Assembly: GCA_050251875.1 (NCBI GenBank)
Contig: JBFWMA010000006.1
Location: 132,024-196,023, forward strand
Reading direction: 5' to 3'
DNA length: 64,000 nt
From: Deferribacterales bacterium
Lineage (GTDB): Bacteria; Chrysiogenota; Deferribacteres; Deferribacterales; Geovibrionaceae
Part shown: positions 29,159 to 39,596 of the stretch, piece by piece
Layout of the letters: each line of letters opens with the position of its first letter
How positions within the stretch are numbered: position 1 is the first letter of the stretch
Made by a program: the position numbers and the translations under genes
The notes under the pieces: generated by a model
What the model saw: the letters and a program-made list of their open reading frames with translations, nothing else
Told to the model about the DNA's origin: nothing
The model's database searches: none

Positions 29159-29782
29159 GTGGATTCTCTTTTTAAAGGCGCGGTGAGATTCCGTGAAAGA
29201 AGTTTTGCCAACAACAAAGAGCTTTTTCAGAAGCTGGGACAGGAACAGAAACCCCACACGCTCTTCATAGGGTGTTCTGATTCCAGAGTGGTTCCCGAGC
29301 TGATAACCAAGGCTATGCCGGGAGAGCTTTTCGTTGTCCGCAATATTGCCAACATAGTGCCAAGATACCGTGTGGCAAAGGAATATGTCGCCACCACAGC
29401 CGCCATCGAATATGCCATCGTGGCGCTGGACGTGGAGAACATAGTCGTCTGCGGACACAGCAACTGCGGCGGATGCAACGCTCTCTACAGCACGCCGGAG
29501 CAGATGAAGGATCTGCCCAACGTGGAACACTGGCTGGAACAGCTCGCCCCGGTGAGACAGCAGGTGGACGAAAACCACCCGGACGCCTCCCCGGAAGAGA
29601 GAGAGTGGATCACCGAACAGGTGAACATAGTCGCCCAGCTCGACAATCTTATGTCCTATCCGCTCATCAGAGACAGGTTCAAAGCCGGAAAGCTGAAGCT
29701 GTACGGCTGGTACTATGTCATCGACAAGGGCGAAGTTTATAACTTCAATATTGAAACCAGGGAATTTGAGCTGATAGGCTGA
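29159..29782 (+). CDS. Beta-class carbonic anhydrase
   Basis: IGCSDSRV, GELFVVRNIAN, CGHSNCGG. Confidence 0.96.
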   Translation: MDSLFKGAVRFRERSFANNKELFQKLGQEQKPHTLFIGCSDSRVVPELITKAMPGELFVVRNIANIVPRYRVAKEYVATTAAIEYAIVALDVENIVVCGHSNCGGCNALYSTPEQMKDLPNVEHWLEQLAPVRQQVDENHPDASPEEREWITEQVNIVAQLDNLMSYPLIRDRFKAGKLKLYGWYYVIDKGEVYNFNIETREFELIG

Positions 29783-29825
29783 TGTAACATATTGCGCTGA
29801 GCAATGTAATTTATTATGGTTTCTA

Positions 29826-31205
29826 ATGATGAGACAATCTGAGATTTCTGATAAAAATTCTATTCTGTATGTCGTCATGGCGGTCTATTTCCTGACTCCG
29901 TTCATGGGAAGCGCCCTGGTGACATCCATAGCGGACATAGGCATAGAGCTCTCCATGGGCGTCAATGCAGCCGGATCGATCATATCGGCATATGTCCTCT
30001 CCACAGCGGCTTTTCTTCTCCCCGTCAGCAAAATATCCGATGCCTTCGGCTATCTGCGCACACTCTTTTTCGGCGCTCTTCTTTTCCTCTGCACCACGGC
30101 TCTCTGCGGTTTCGCCGTCAACGGACACATGCTCATCAGCATGAGACTGATAGAGGGATTCGCCGCTTCCATGATTTTTTGCAGCGGAATGACGCTGATA
30201 TCGCTTCATTTCCCACCGGAAGAGCGTGGAAAAGCGATGGGCATGATAACATTCATGGTATATTCCGGGCTGTCTCTGGGACCCATGATAGGCGGATATC
30301 TGAACAGCCGGTTCGGATGGAGAAGCATATTCTGGTTCGGCATAGCGCTTACGCTCTTCGTGCTGGTCTTTTTCGTCACACGCCGTCTGCCGTTCGAAAA
30401 GATAAAAAAGGTTAATTTCGATATATACGGGATGGTCTTCTATTTTCTGGCGACATCCCTGTTCTTCGCCGGATTCTCGGTTCAGTCAGCTTATGGAGCT
30501 CTTCTGGCTCTCTCCGGCGTGGCAATGTATGCCGTCTTCTTTTTCCACGAGAAGAAGCAGTCCGACCCGCTTCTGGATGTGAACCTGTTGAAAACCAACA
30601 GAGTTTTTGTAATGTCCAGCGTCAGCTCACTGCTCAACTATATGGCTGCTTCCGCCGTGCTGTTTCTGGTGTCTATGGAGCTGCGCATCAGCTTCGGATA
30701 TGAGACCACTCACATCGGTCTGGTTCTTCTGGCTCAGTCGCTGGCGATGACTATCACCGCTCCGCTCGCCGGCAGATACAGCGACAGACATCCGGACAGC
30801 AGGATAGCTTCCGCCGGGATGGCTGTTATCGCCGTTATGCTTTTTCTGATGTCGGTGACATCCGGCGTGGACAACCCGTATATGCTGGCGGGGCTTCAGT
30901 TCTGCATAGGCGTTGGGTTCGGCATGTTCGCCCCGTCCAATAATAAAGTGATAATGAATTCCGTGGAAAAGAGATATTACAGCACAGCGTCCTCCGTTCT
31001 GGCGTCCATGAGACTCTACGGACAGATACTCAGCATAGGTCTGTCTGTGATGGTGATATCGCTCATCGCCGGAAAGGTGAAGGTGGAACATCTGTCGCCG
31101 GACAAGCTGACACACAGCCTTAAGGCGGTCTTTCTGATGTACTGCGCCATCAGCATAGTCGGCGTCTTCACATCTCTGTTCCGAAAAAACAAAGCGGGGG
31201 AGTGA
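29826..31205 (+). CDS. MFS transporter (DHA2/EmrB-like)
   Basis: About 14 hydrophobic segments; FPPEERGKAMG, LGPMIGG, FGWRSIF, PLLDVNL. Confidence 0.9.
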   Translation: MMRQSEISDKNSILYVVMAVYFLTPFMGSALVTSIADIGIELSMGVNAAGSIISAYVLSTAAFLLPVSKISDAFGYLRTLFFGALLFLCTTALCGFAVNGHMLISMRLIEGFAASMIFCSGMTLISLHFPPEERGKAMGMITFMVYSGLSLGPMIGGYLNSRFGWRSIFWFGIALTLFVLVFFVTRRLPFEKIKKVNFDIYGMVFYFLATSLFFAGFSVQSAYGALLALSGVAMYAVFFFHEKKQSDPLLDVNLLKTNRVFVMSSVSSLLNYMAASAVLFLVSMELRISFGYETTHIGLVLLAQSLAMTITAPLAGRYSDRHPDSRIASAGMAVIAVMLFLMSVTSGVDNPYMLAGLQFCIGVGFGMFAPSNNKVIMNSVEKRYYSTASSVLASMRLYGQILSIGLSVMVISLIAGKVKVEHLSPDKLTHSLKAVFLMYCAISIVGVFTSLFRKNKAGE

Positions 31206-31206
31206 C

Positions 31207-32088
31207 ATGCGCAAAAATTTTTCCGATTTTTCCATGATAATTCTGGCGGGGCTTTTATACGCCGTTGCCGTAAAATATTTTGTTCTGCCGTCCAAAGTGA
31301 TTCTGACGGGGTCAGAGGGCATCGCCACCGCTCTGTCTTACTATTTCGAAAGCTACAGCCTGTTTATCATACTCTATCTTGTCTTTCAGATGTGTCTGAT
31401 TACATTTGGTTTTTTCAAGGTCAGCCGGGCGTTTGCCCTGCGCACGTTCACTGCTGTGGCGACAGTGGTTACAGCTCTGGCGGTCTATCCGGAATTTCAG
31501 GTGGCTCAGCCGGAGCCGCAGAACGAAAGAATCATTCTGGTGCTCTTCGGCGGTATCATCGCCGGGGTGGCGAAGGCGATCGCTTTCAAACACAGAGGCT
31601 CCACAGGAGATGAAGACATTCTGGGTGCGTTCTTCGCCATGAAATATCTGAAGCCGGTGGGCTTCATAGGCGTGATAGCCGGAATAACCTCCACTGTGTT
31701 CGGGATGCTGACTGATCTGATAAAGAACGGGCAGTTCGAGTCGGTGGCGAATACTCTGATGTACACCAGCATTTATATCTTTATCTCCACCGAAGTTCTG
31801 AATATTTTTTATAAGAAATTCAAGCTGTCCATGCTCTCCGTAATGACACGGGACCACGAGCAGGTGGGCAGAGCCATAAAAATGGCGTCCCCGCACAGAA
31901 CATACACTCTGCTTCAGGGGGTTGGCGGACATTCGGGAGAATCATTCTGGATGGTTCGCACAATAGTCACCCACGAGGAACTGCCGATGGTGATAAAATC
32001 CATCGAGGAGACCAACAGCGAGTGTTTCTATTTTCACCACGATCTGGAGGGAATTTCGCCCGGCTATTACATAGCCCCCATTGGCTGA
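31207..32088 (+). CDS. YitT-family membrane protein
   Basis: G..GIA, LFGGII.G, GSTG..DI motifs and C-terminal DUF2179-like T...GVGGHSGE segment. Confidence 0.8.
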   Translation: MRKNFSDFSMIILAGLLYAVAVKYFVLPSKVILTGSEGIATALSYYFESYSLFIILYLVFQMCLITFGFFKVSRAFALRTFTAVATVVTALAVYPEFQVAQPEPQNERIILVLFGGIIAGVAKAIAFKHRGSTGDEDILGAFFAMKYLKPVGFIGVIAGITSTVFGMLTDLIKNGQFESVANTLMYTSIYIFISTEVLNIFYKKFKLSMLSVMTRDHEQVGRAIKMASPHRTYTLLQGVGGHSGESFWMVRTIVTHEELPMVIKSIEETNSECFYFHHDLEGISPGYYIAPIG

Positions 32089-32089
32089 T

Positions 32090-33796
32090 CTAAGACAGGT
32101 TCTTTCCGATCACCACCAGAAACCTCTCGGCTGGCGGTTCCCTGTCCGGAGCGATCAGCTCTGTCCTGCCGTTAACACTCTGCACGACAATCGTCCCCTC
32201 GCCGTCTATATCCACTATGCCCTTCACACGGAAAGTATCCTCAGGCATATTCTCTATCATTTTAATCAGCTCATCCTTGCTGACCGGCTCGTGAAAGCTG
32301 ATCTTTTTTGTGCCGATGTGTTCGTGGTGGTGTGTGTGCCCCTTCTGCCCGGCATTTGCCAGAAGCCCGCTCTCGTTCTCCGTGCCGTACAGCATGGAAT
32401 AGTTCATATTGCCCTTCGCCGCCACTATCATGGCGTCCGGATTGATCTCCGCCACAGCCTGAGCAGTCTCTCTCACGGCGGTGTCGTCCACTGCGTCCGC
32501 CTTCGTCAGCACCACTATGTCAGCAGACATGATCTGCTGTCTCATCAGCTCGTTGTCATAGAACATATTCACAGGCGTCAGCAGATCCACCAGAGTGGTT
32601 ACGGAATCAAACCTCGCCATCTCGCTCACATCGTCTATCTCGTCTATCAGATTCATAGGGTTCGCCACCCCGCTGGTCTCCAGAATGATGGTGTCCGGCA
32701 CCCTCTCGGAAGACAGCTCGGCTATCGCCTTTTTCAGCTGACCGGAGAGCGAACAGCACATGCACCCCTCGTCTATCTCCACCAGAGAATAGTCATAATC
32801 CACCAGAAATCCGTCCAGCCCGGACTGTCCCGCCTCGTTCTGGATGACTCCCACAAACCTGTTTTTATCTGTCTCATATTCTATCAGGTTTCTGATATAT
32901 GTCGTCTTGCCGCTGCCCAGAAATCCGGAAACTATTATCAGTCTGGGTCTGGAATCCATCACTTTCGAGTGATCTTTCTCCTGCCGTTTCTCCCACCAGA
33001 AAGGTGTCACTGTGCAGGGAAACGTCTTTTCCGGCAGAGGCGTTCTCTGTCCGCCGAAGGTGAATGTCATCTCCACCACACTGTTCAGCGGACATTCAAT
33101 GTCTGACCTCGAGCCGTCAGAAGCCGCCACCACCGCCTTTCCATCTGCGAACGATCTGAAAAAACCGTCCGCGGAATGTTCCAGAGAATAAGCGGCGCAT
33201 CCGGTGAAACACCTGAAAAGAGGCAGCGCCAGCCGATATGCGCTGACATGTCTGTCTATTCCCATAGGCTCCACCAGTTCCTGTCCGTTCGACTGCACAT
33301 ACAGCCCGTCTCTGATCCTTGTCTCCGACAGTGTTTCGGATACCAGGGTCATGGACATTTCTCCGGACAGCTTGTCTATGTTTATCAGTATATTCCCCAC
33401 GGAGAACATCCCCCTCAGAGCGGAAACCGAGGCAAAATCACGCACCATAGCACCGTATGACGCTTCCGCTGTGGTGAGTATCTCCATCACGGAGAAGGTA
33501 TCCAGAACCTCTTCCTCCGCGTCCGGAAAATATTTTATATCCAGAACACACTCCGCCGTGCTTTCATCCTCCTTCACATCCGACAGCATCAGCCCGAAAA
33601 TACCCTGATGTCCGTGGAGCTTCACTGTCCAGCACTCAGGAGTGGTGACAGAGCGGTAGAATCCGGCTATGCCCAGAGCACGCTTCACATCCACATTGAA
33701 ACACCCCCGGATGATGAGCGCCCTGACAAAACCATAAAAAAAGCTCTCTGCCCCTCCGGAAAACATAGGGGGATAAACAGCGGAAAATTTCAGCAT
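32090..33796 (-). CDS. COG0523/CobW-type GTPase metallochaperone with ~280-aa uncharacterised N-terminal extension
   Basis: SGFLGSGKTT, GCMCC, LETSGVANP, TKAD, His-rich GHTHHHEH, FRVKG; start placed at MLKFSAV. Confidence 0.88.
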   Translation of the reverse strand: MLKFSAVYPPMFSGGAESFFYGFVRALIIRGCFNVDVKRALGIAGFYRSVTTPECWTVKLHGHQGIFGLMLSDVKEDESTAECVLDIKYFPDAEEEVLDTFSVMEILTTAEASYGAMVRDFASVSALRGMFSVGNILINIDKLSGEMSMTLVSETLSETRIRDGLYVQSNGQELVEPMGIDRHVSAYRLALPLFRCFTGCAAYSLEHSADGFFRSFADGKAVVAASDGSRSDIECPLNSVVEMTFTFGGQRTPLPEKTFPCTVTPFWWEKRQEKDHSKVMDSRPRLIIVSGFLGSGKTTYIRNLIEYETDKNRFVGVIQNEAGQSGLDGFLVDYDYSLVEIDEGCMCCSLSGQLKKAIAELSSERVPDTIILETSGVANPMNLIDEIDDVSEMARFDSVTTLVDLLTPVNMFYDNELMRQQIMSADIVVLTKADAVDDTAVRETAQAVAEINPDAMIVAAKGNMNYSMLYGTENESGLLANAGQKGHTHHHEHIGTKKISFHEPVSKDELIKMIENMPEDTFRVKGIVDIDGEGTIVVQSVNGRTELIAPDREPPAERFLVVIGKNLS

Positions 33797-33815
33797 GATA
33801 ACCTCATAAAAGTAA

Positions 33816-33845
33816 GACCCCGGACGCCTGAAAGCCTCCGGGGTC
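33816..33845 (-). terminator. Stem-loop between the MBL and CobW-like genes (terminator or mRNA stabiliser)
   Basis: GACCCCGGA...TCCGGGGTC inverted repeat followed by TTACTTTT on the minus strand. Confidence 0.6.
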
Positions 33846-33852
33846 AAACAAA

Positions 33853-35022
33853 TTAAACATCGACACCGAAGCCGATCTTGTCTCCGTTGCCGAGATACAC
33901 TTTACTTTTTGATCTGAAGCGGGCTGTACCCTCCACAACATGATATCCCTGATCTATAAACTTTCTGGCGGTCAGAAGCCCTGTACAGTGGTTGCATCCC
34001 ACTCTTTCGAAGCCCCATTTGCCCAGAGAGATAACAAGGTCGTCATATTTCGGGTCCCAGTCCTCGAACGGCGAAATGTGAAGTCCGCCGTATATTCCGT
34101 ACATTTTGTCGTTTTCGTATTTCAGCTCTTTGTAGGCTGTGTCGGCGAACTGGATGATACCCTGGTGGCAGCATCCGGTGACGCTCACCAGACCCAGATC
34201 CTTCACGTTGAAATACAGTGACTGCTCGCCAAAAACCCTGCATATGATCGGCACGTCAAAAACGTATGTCGCCATACCGCTTTTCAGCTTGTTCAGACCT
34301 TTTTTCAGAGTTGTCAGCGTGCCTTTGTGCCCTGAGTCTTTGATATACTGCAATCCTTCCTCGTAAAATCCCTCGGGGATATATACGGGAATGTTCGGAG
34401 CGTATTTCATAGCCACAGGAAATCCCCAGAAGTGGTCGAAGTGCTCGTGGGACATAATGAGCGCTTCAATCTCTCCGTTCTGAAGCATCTTATCGATGCC
34501 CTCACGTTTGAAGCACTCGTCCATCCACTTGTAAGACCATCCGGTATCCAGCAGATATTTGTGTTTGGTGCCGTCCATCTCCTCCATCTCTACCAGAGCG
34601 GCAAAACCGCCTGCGTTTTCGGGGTGGACGCAGTTTTTCTCCACTATCGCCCACGCTTTTTCCAGATCGTGGGGGATGTATTCCTTTATCATCGCCATAC
34701 CATCGGCGTATGAGCCCTTAGCGAGCCCCTTACCATTGCCGAACGGAGGCCAGTTGTAAACGTACTGGTTCACCAGAAGCCCTCCGGCTCCTTTGATGTC
34801 GCCCATCAGGGCAGAGTTTTCGAACCAGCTTGTTTCTGAGATGTTTGTCACCTTGACGCTCTTGCAAACGCCGAAGTCCTGCTGTTTTCTCACTATCTCA
34901 GGGAGAAATATGTTTCTCATGGGAGAATAGGAGAAAACACCCATAGATGCCAGAGCGCCAAGACCGACACCGGTGAGAGCGCCTTTTACAAAATCCCGGC
35001 GGGATATTTTGCTGTCAGACAT
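33853..35022 (-). CDS. Tat-exported metallo-beta-lactamase-fold hydrolase (COG1237-like)
   Basis: SRRDFVK twin-arginine signal; LLDTG, SHEHFDHFWG, TGCCHQG, GGLH, CNHCTG. Confidence 0.88.
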   Translation of the reverse strand: MSDSKISRRDFVKGALTGVGLGALASMGVFSYSPMRNIFLPEIVRKQQDFGVCKSVKVTNISETSWFENSALMGDIKGAGGLLVNQYVYNWPPFGNGKGLAKGSYADGMAMIKEYIPHDLEKAWAIVEKNCVHPENAGGFAALVEMEEMDGTKHKYLLDTGWSYKWMDECFKREGIDKMLQNGEIEALIMSHEHFDHFWGFPVAMKYAPNIPVYIPEGFYEEGLQYIKDSGHKGTLTTLKKGLNKLKSGMATYVFDVPIICRVFGEQSLYFNVKDLGLVSVTGCCHQGIIQFADTAYKELKYENDKMYGIYGGLHISPFEDWDPKYDDLVISLGKWGFERVGCNHCTGLLTARKFIDQGYHVVEGTARFRSKSKVYLGNGDKIGFGVDV

Positions 35023-35032
35023 GATGAGCCTC

Positions 35033-36412
35033 CTATTCCACTTTTATCAGACTGGTGAGCATGGGCAGAGAAGCCACCACGGCGAAGTAAAGAGCCACGC
35101 CGAGAGCTGTGCCGGTCACCAGACCCAGTTTAAACTTAGCTGTCCACTGCATCTCCTCAGCCGGAACGTGTTCGGAGTGTTCACTAGGGACAAGTTTCCA
35201 GCCCGGCCATGCGTCCATGAACCAGCTGTTGATAAGAAATATGTTTATCAGCCATATCATAGGTATCATCGGGAACTGCTGCGGGTGAGAGAAACCTTTC
35301 TGTGTTCCGAGGAACAGGTGAGAGGTTTTGTAATATACAACATATATTACGGCAGCGGCGGCTATGGATATGACAGTTCTGAGGAACACGTTCATGGGTG
35401 TGCTGAACCGCTTGGGAGCGTTGTCGCAGAACAGATACATGAACAGAGCGGGCACCAGCCAGAAGATGGCTATCTCGCCCACATGAAGCCAGCGCCAGTC
35501 AGGAGCCATCAGTCTTCTGGTTCCTCTGATAGCGGGACCCCATGCCAGTTCCTGAGCATAATACAGGAAGAATGACAGGGAAACGGCTATGACGAAGATG
35601 CCGAAGAAGGCTGTGAGTCTTCTGAGCCAGTCTGTCTTAATGAGTTTGAAGGGATATCTTTCCCAGATGGTCTCATACATCCACACTATAACTGTGGCGC
35701 ACATAATCCAGGCGATGTGGAAGTTGCCGTGGACTGTGTTGGCAAAGTTCTGCCAGTAAGGCGGAGCGATAGCGGCATATTTCTGCCAGGGGTCAAAAAG
35801 GATGCCCATATGGGGGTGCATGGTTACGAAATAGACCAGCACGCTCATAAAGAATGTGAGCATCAGAACGCTGAAGCCTTTAACAGGCTGACCCAGCTTC
35901 TGCCAGGGGGCGTTCTCGGCGGCCACAACCCACGCGGGGCTGAGCCATGAGGCGATAGCGGCGAACATCAGAATAGCCTGAGCGGCGTATTCTTCCGCAT
36001 AGAACTCTGTGAGTCCCAGCTTGGTGAGCTGAGCAGGGCTGAAATAAGCTATCGCAAAGTTTCCCAGGAAGCCGTTAAAGAAAAGTTTCAACACGCCCAG
36101 AAAGATAGCGACGGAAAAAGCCGTCAGAATAAAGCCTTTTAAGACTGGGTGTGTTTTTTCCAGCCAGGTTCGTTTGAAAGGCCAGAAGTTGAAGATATAG
36201 GCTACCCAGATAAGCATGATGAGTATCCACCTGCACCACATATAACCGACATAGGGGGTGTACATTCTCATGATGCCTCGTGGATCCTGGAAGATCCACC
36301 ATGTACCGTAGAAAAGAACGAGGATAACAACAAGGTTTGCCAAGGCGGGCAGAGGACCATTCCACCGTTTGACGAGTTTGCGCTCCTCAATGTAGAGTCC
36401 GGAATCACTCAT
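35033..36412 (-). CDS. Polytopic membrane protein, putative transporter
   Basis: About 11-12 hydrophobic segments, Trp/Pro-rich loops with repeated WPF/APW/YPF/WPG motifs; AAGGAG RBS. Confidence 0.75.
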   Translation of the reverse strand: MSDSGLYIEERKLVKRWNGPLPALANLVVILVLFYGTWWIFQDPRGIMRMYTPYVGYMWCRWILIMLIWVAYIFNFWPFKRTWLEKTHPVLKGFILTAFSVAIFLGVLKLFFNGFLGNFAIAYFSPAQLTKLGLTEFYAEEYAAQAILMFAAIASWLSPAWVVAAENAPWQKLGQPVKGFSVLMLTFFMSVLVYFVTMHPHMGILFDPWQKYAAIAPPYWQNFANTVHGNFHIAWIMCATVIVWMYETIWERYPFKLIKTDWLRRLTAFFGIFVIAVSLSFFLYYAQELAWGPAIRGTRRLMAPDWRWLHVGEIAIFWLVPALFMYLFCDNAPKRFSTPMNVFLRTVISIAAAAVIYVVYYKTSHLFLGTQKGFSHPQQFPMIPMIWLINIFLINSWFMDAWPGWKLVPSEHSEHVPAEEMQWTAKFKLGLVTGTALGVALYFAVVASLPMLTSLIKVE

Positions 36413-36698
36413 GACACTCTCCTTCTTAATGAAAAGAGATAATGTTGCCTCTAAGCGTCCATAATTGGACGTTGCTATCTAATGTTAGCACCTATTAAAC
36501 TGATGTTAAATATAATTTAACCATAGTTGATATTGGAAATATCAATAATACATAGAGTGATATTTGATAATCATGGCTTTTTGAAAGCGGTGACAAGCTG
36601 AATTAAATTAGCCTGCCAACAAATAAAAAGTTCAATCTGTAGCAACATTTGTAAAAATACAATATAATTTAACTATAAAGACGCACAGCGGGTCGGTC

Positions 36699-38381
36699 AT
36701 GAAAGGAAAACTTGAAAGCAACAGCGAATTCAATAAGTTTTATTTCGACTATCTGAAGGCGAACCCATTTCTGCCTGTTATCTGGATAGACGCCGATGGA
36801 CAGATATTCAATGTGAACGATGCCGCATGCGGATATCTGGGATATTCCAGAGACGACATCACCCGCTCGAACATTACCAGCATCAACACGGACATAACCC
36901 CGGAACAGCTCCCCTCTCTCGTGGATATCATCAGAAAGCACAAAATATACCGGTTCGAATCCCACCACAGAAGAAAAGACGGCGCAGTGCTGGATGTGGA
37001 GATTATCTCCAGCTATTACAGCATTGACGGACAGGAGTTTTTTATCAACTATGTCTTTGACATATCTGAGAAAAAACAGCACGAGAGACAGCTCGAAAAT
37101 ATGGTGGCTGAAAAAACACGGGAGCTCAGAAATAAGATAGATGAGCTGGAGATATCCGAAAAAAACGCCCGACTGAACGAAGAGCTGTTTATCAACGCTT
37201 TCAAAACCAGTCAGGACGCCATAAACCTGAACGATACGGACAAAGGAACATATATTCAGGTGAATGACGGATTTGTCAATATAATGGGATACTCCGCCGA
37301 TGAGGTGATAGGAAAATCATCTCTGGATCTGAACATATGGAAAGACCCGCAGGACAGGATGAATCTGGTGGGAGCCGTGAAAAAGTACGGGTTCTGCCAC
37401 AACTATGAGGCGGATTTCGTGCGCAAGGACGGAACAATAGTCCACGGGCTGATGTCCGCCAGCATACAGGAATATCAGGGAAAGAAAGTCATGCTGAACG
37501 TGTCCAAAGACATCACCCAGATAAAGAAGCTGGAAAACCAGATGAAAGAGCTCAACAGTCAGCTTCAGACACGGGTGGAGCAGGAAGTAGCCATCATCAG
37601 AAGACAGCAGGAAATCATCTTCGAACAGAAAAAACTGGCGGATATGGGCATGATGATAAACGCCATAGCCCACCAGTGGCGCCAGCCTCTCAACATCATC
37701 GGACTGCGCACGCAGGAACTGGCGGACACATACAGAGACGGTCTTCTGACCGATGAATTCATAGATGATTTTGAGGAACAGCAGATGGACACGGTGGCGT
37801 ATCTCTCTTCCACTATTGATGATTTCAGGACATTTTTTAAGCCGGACGACAAGGAGAGCGAATTTGACGTCAGCGGAGAGATTATCGGGCTTCTGAAACT
37901 GATCGAAATCCAGATGCTGACAAAAGGGATTAAGGTTTTCATTTCATACACATGCGGGAGTGAGAACATAGACAGATCCAGCATAGGTGATTTTCCACGC
38001 AGACAGAATGGCGAAACCGCTGTGAAGGGCTATAAAGGCGAGTTCAAACAGGTTCTGACTAACCTGATATACAACTCTATATTCGCTCTGGAAGACAAAA
38101 TTAAAATCACGGGAAAACAGGACGGGTTCATCCATATCCGCATATGCAAATCAGAACATAGGGTGCGGATAAATGTGGAAGACAACGGCGGAGGGATTCC
38201 GGATGACGTTATGCCTCATATATTCAATCCCTATTTCACCACCAAATCAGAGGGAAAAGGTACCGGGCTGGGGCTTTATCTGGCTAAACTGATTATCGAA
38301 ACCCACATGAAAGGAGAAATAACCGTCAGAAACACAGACTCCGGAGCCGATTTTGAGATTATTCTGCCGTCTGTAAAATAA
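36699..38381 (+). CDS. Cytoplasmic PAS-PAS sensor histidine kinase
   Basis: Two PAS/PAC repeats (VNDAAC.YLGYS...RRKDG; VNDGF..IMGYS...VRKDG), H-box AIAHQWRQPL, N/G boxes EDNGGGI and GTGLGL. Confidence 0.95.
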   Translation: MKGKLESNSEFNKFYFDYLKANPFLPVIWIDADGQIFNVNDAACGYLGYSRDDITRSNITSINTDITPEQLPSLVDIIRKHKIYRFESHHRRKDGAVLDVEIISSYYSIDGQEFFINYVFDISEKKQHERQLENMVAEKTRELRNKIDELEISEKNARLNEELFINAFKTSQDAINLNDTDKGTYIQVNDGFVNIMGYSADEVIGKSSLDLNIWKDPQDRMNLVGAVKKYGFCHNYEADFVRKDGTIVHGLMSASIQEYQGKKVMLNVSKDITQIKKLENQMKELNSQLQTRVEQEVAIIRRQQEIIFEQKKLADMGMMINAIAHQWRQPLNIIGLRTQELADTYRDGLLTDEFIDDFEEQQMDTVAYLSSTIDDFRTFFKPDDKESEFDVSGEIIGLLKLIEIQMLTKGIKVFISYTCGSENIDRSSIGDFPRRQNGETAVKGYKGEFKQVLTNLIYNSIFALEDKIKITGKQDGFIHIRICKSEHRVRINVEDNGGGIPDDVMPHIFNPYFTTKSEGKGTGLGLYLAKLIIETHMKGEITVRNTDSGADFEIILPSVK

Positions 38382-38410
38382 AAAACCGGCGCATCCTGAA
38401 ACACGCCGGT
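38381..38410. terminator. Intrinsic terminator between convergent genes
   Basis: AAAAACCGGCG...CGCCGGT hairpin. Confidence 0.7.
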
Positions 38411-38439
38411 ATCAAAAGCACGCCTTATAAACCAACCGC

Positions 38440-38895
38440 TTAACGCAGTTTTTCTATTCCGATTCCTTTCAGAGCTTTTTCCATCTCAGCGGATGAGAAA
38501 GCCGGTGAAAAAGACACGGTGACCTTTCCCTTTATCTCAGGCACGTCTACAATAACAGATGACAGGTTCATGTTTTTGTAAGCGTAATACAGCGCTTTTT
38601 TGCCGCCGTACTGAGTCAGCTTAACGTCTTTGATAGTTTTATCGTTCTTATACATCTCAAATTTTTCGGGTCTGTCCACCTTCACCATTACGGCGCACAT
38701 TCCCTGTCCGCATTTCTTATAAAAATTGGCGGTGAACTCCTCTTCAGAAGTCTCAGTATCCTCATATTTGTAGCCTGCGGGAACTTTCATACCTTTTACC
38801 CATTTCTCAAACTTCGCCTCGTCCATCTGCACCTGAGCGAATGCGCTCACGGCAAAAAAAGCGATAAGCAGAAGCGCTGTTGCGATACTCTTCAT
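38440..38895 (-). CDS. Secreted hypothetical protein
   Basis: Sec signal peptide MKSIATALLLIAFFAVSAFA; AGGAGG RBS. Confidence 0.8.
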   Translation of the reverse strand: MKSIATALLLIAFFAVSAFAQVQMDEAKFEKWVKGMKVPAGYKYEDTETSEEEFTANFYKKCGQGMCAVMVKVDRPEKFEMYKNDKTIKDVKLTQYGGKKALYYAYKNMNLSSVIVDVPEIKGKVTVSFSPAFSSAEMEKALKGIGIEKLR

Positions 38896-38920
38896 AAAGC
38901 CTCCTGATTCCTCTATTTTA

Positions 38921-39430
38921 TTAATAAACCGTCTGTTTGATGTAACATTTGAAGTTGCAGGTAACCAGAAGCTCCATAGCGGCGCTTGTCACCTCTACGA
39001 CCTGAACATCCAGACTATCCACCACAGGCTGAATCTCTGCTCCTGACAGATTGCTGTTCACCAGATCCTCGCAATAGTTTTTGGCGAGAGGTCTGCGGTG
39101 ATACACCACTTCGTTGAACGCTCCCTGATATTCGTCCATATGCAGAAGAGTTCCGCTGAATGACCTGTGCACCCCTTCCACATTGAGCTTGGAGCGAACC
39201 AGTGTGTATCCGGGCATGTCAAAATTGCCTTTTACCACTATGGTTTCATTCAGCACGTTCGGCGCTTTCAGCTTGCCCTGCTTGATCCCGGCGGGCAGAA
39301 TCCCCGCTTTGTTGTTTGTGATGTTGTCCAGCTCGTTGAACTGATCTCCGTAATCGGCGGCGTAAGCTCCGGAAAAGAGCATCATGGTGAATAACATCAC
39401 CCCGCCCGTAACTTTTAATAATCTTCCCAT
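38921..39430 (-). CDS. Secreted hypothetical protein
   Basis: Signal-peptide-like N-terminus ending AYA; co-oriented with the adjacent gene. Confidence 0.7.
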   Translation of the reverse strand: MGRLLKVTGGVMLFTMMLFSGAYAADYGDQFNELDNITNNKAGILPAGIKQGKLKAPNVLNETIVVKGNFDMPGYTLVRSKLNVEGVHRSFSGTLLHMDEYQGAFNEVVYHRRPLAKNYCEDLVNSNLSGAEIQPVVDSLDVQVVEVTSAAMELLVTCNFKCYIKQTVY

Positions 39431-39596
39431 TCCGCACCCCTGCTTATTTCACGATTTAACATTATTTCTGTAGTGTGATATTTCTATCAGGAGTTTATAT
39501 TATCTGTTTAATATTACAAAGTGCAATTTACCATCAAATACGATTTAATATTAACAGATATAGGACTCGGAAATGGATATAACGATTTAAAAGATA

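Noticed and set aside
38414..38425. AAAAGCACGCCT after a hairpin as a possible left att boundary matching 56163-56174
   Set aside because: Only about 11 of 12 nt match and the T-arm part is missing; compatible with chance.
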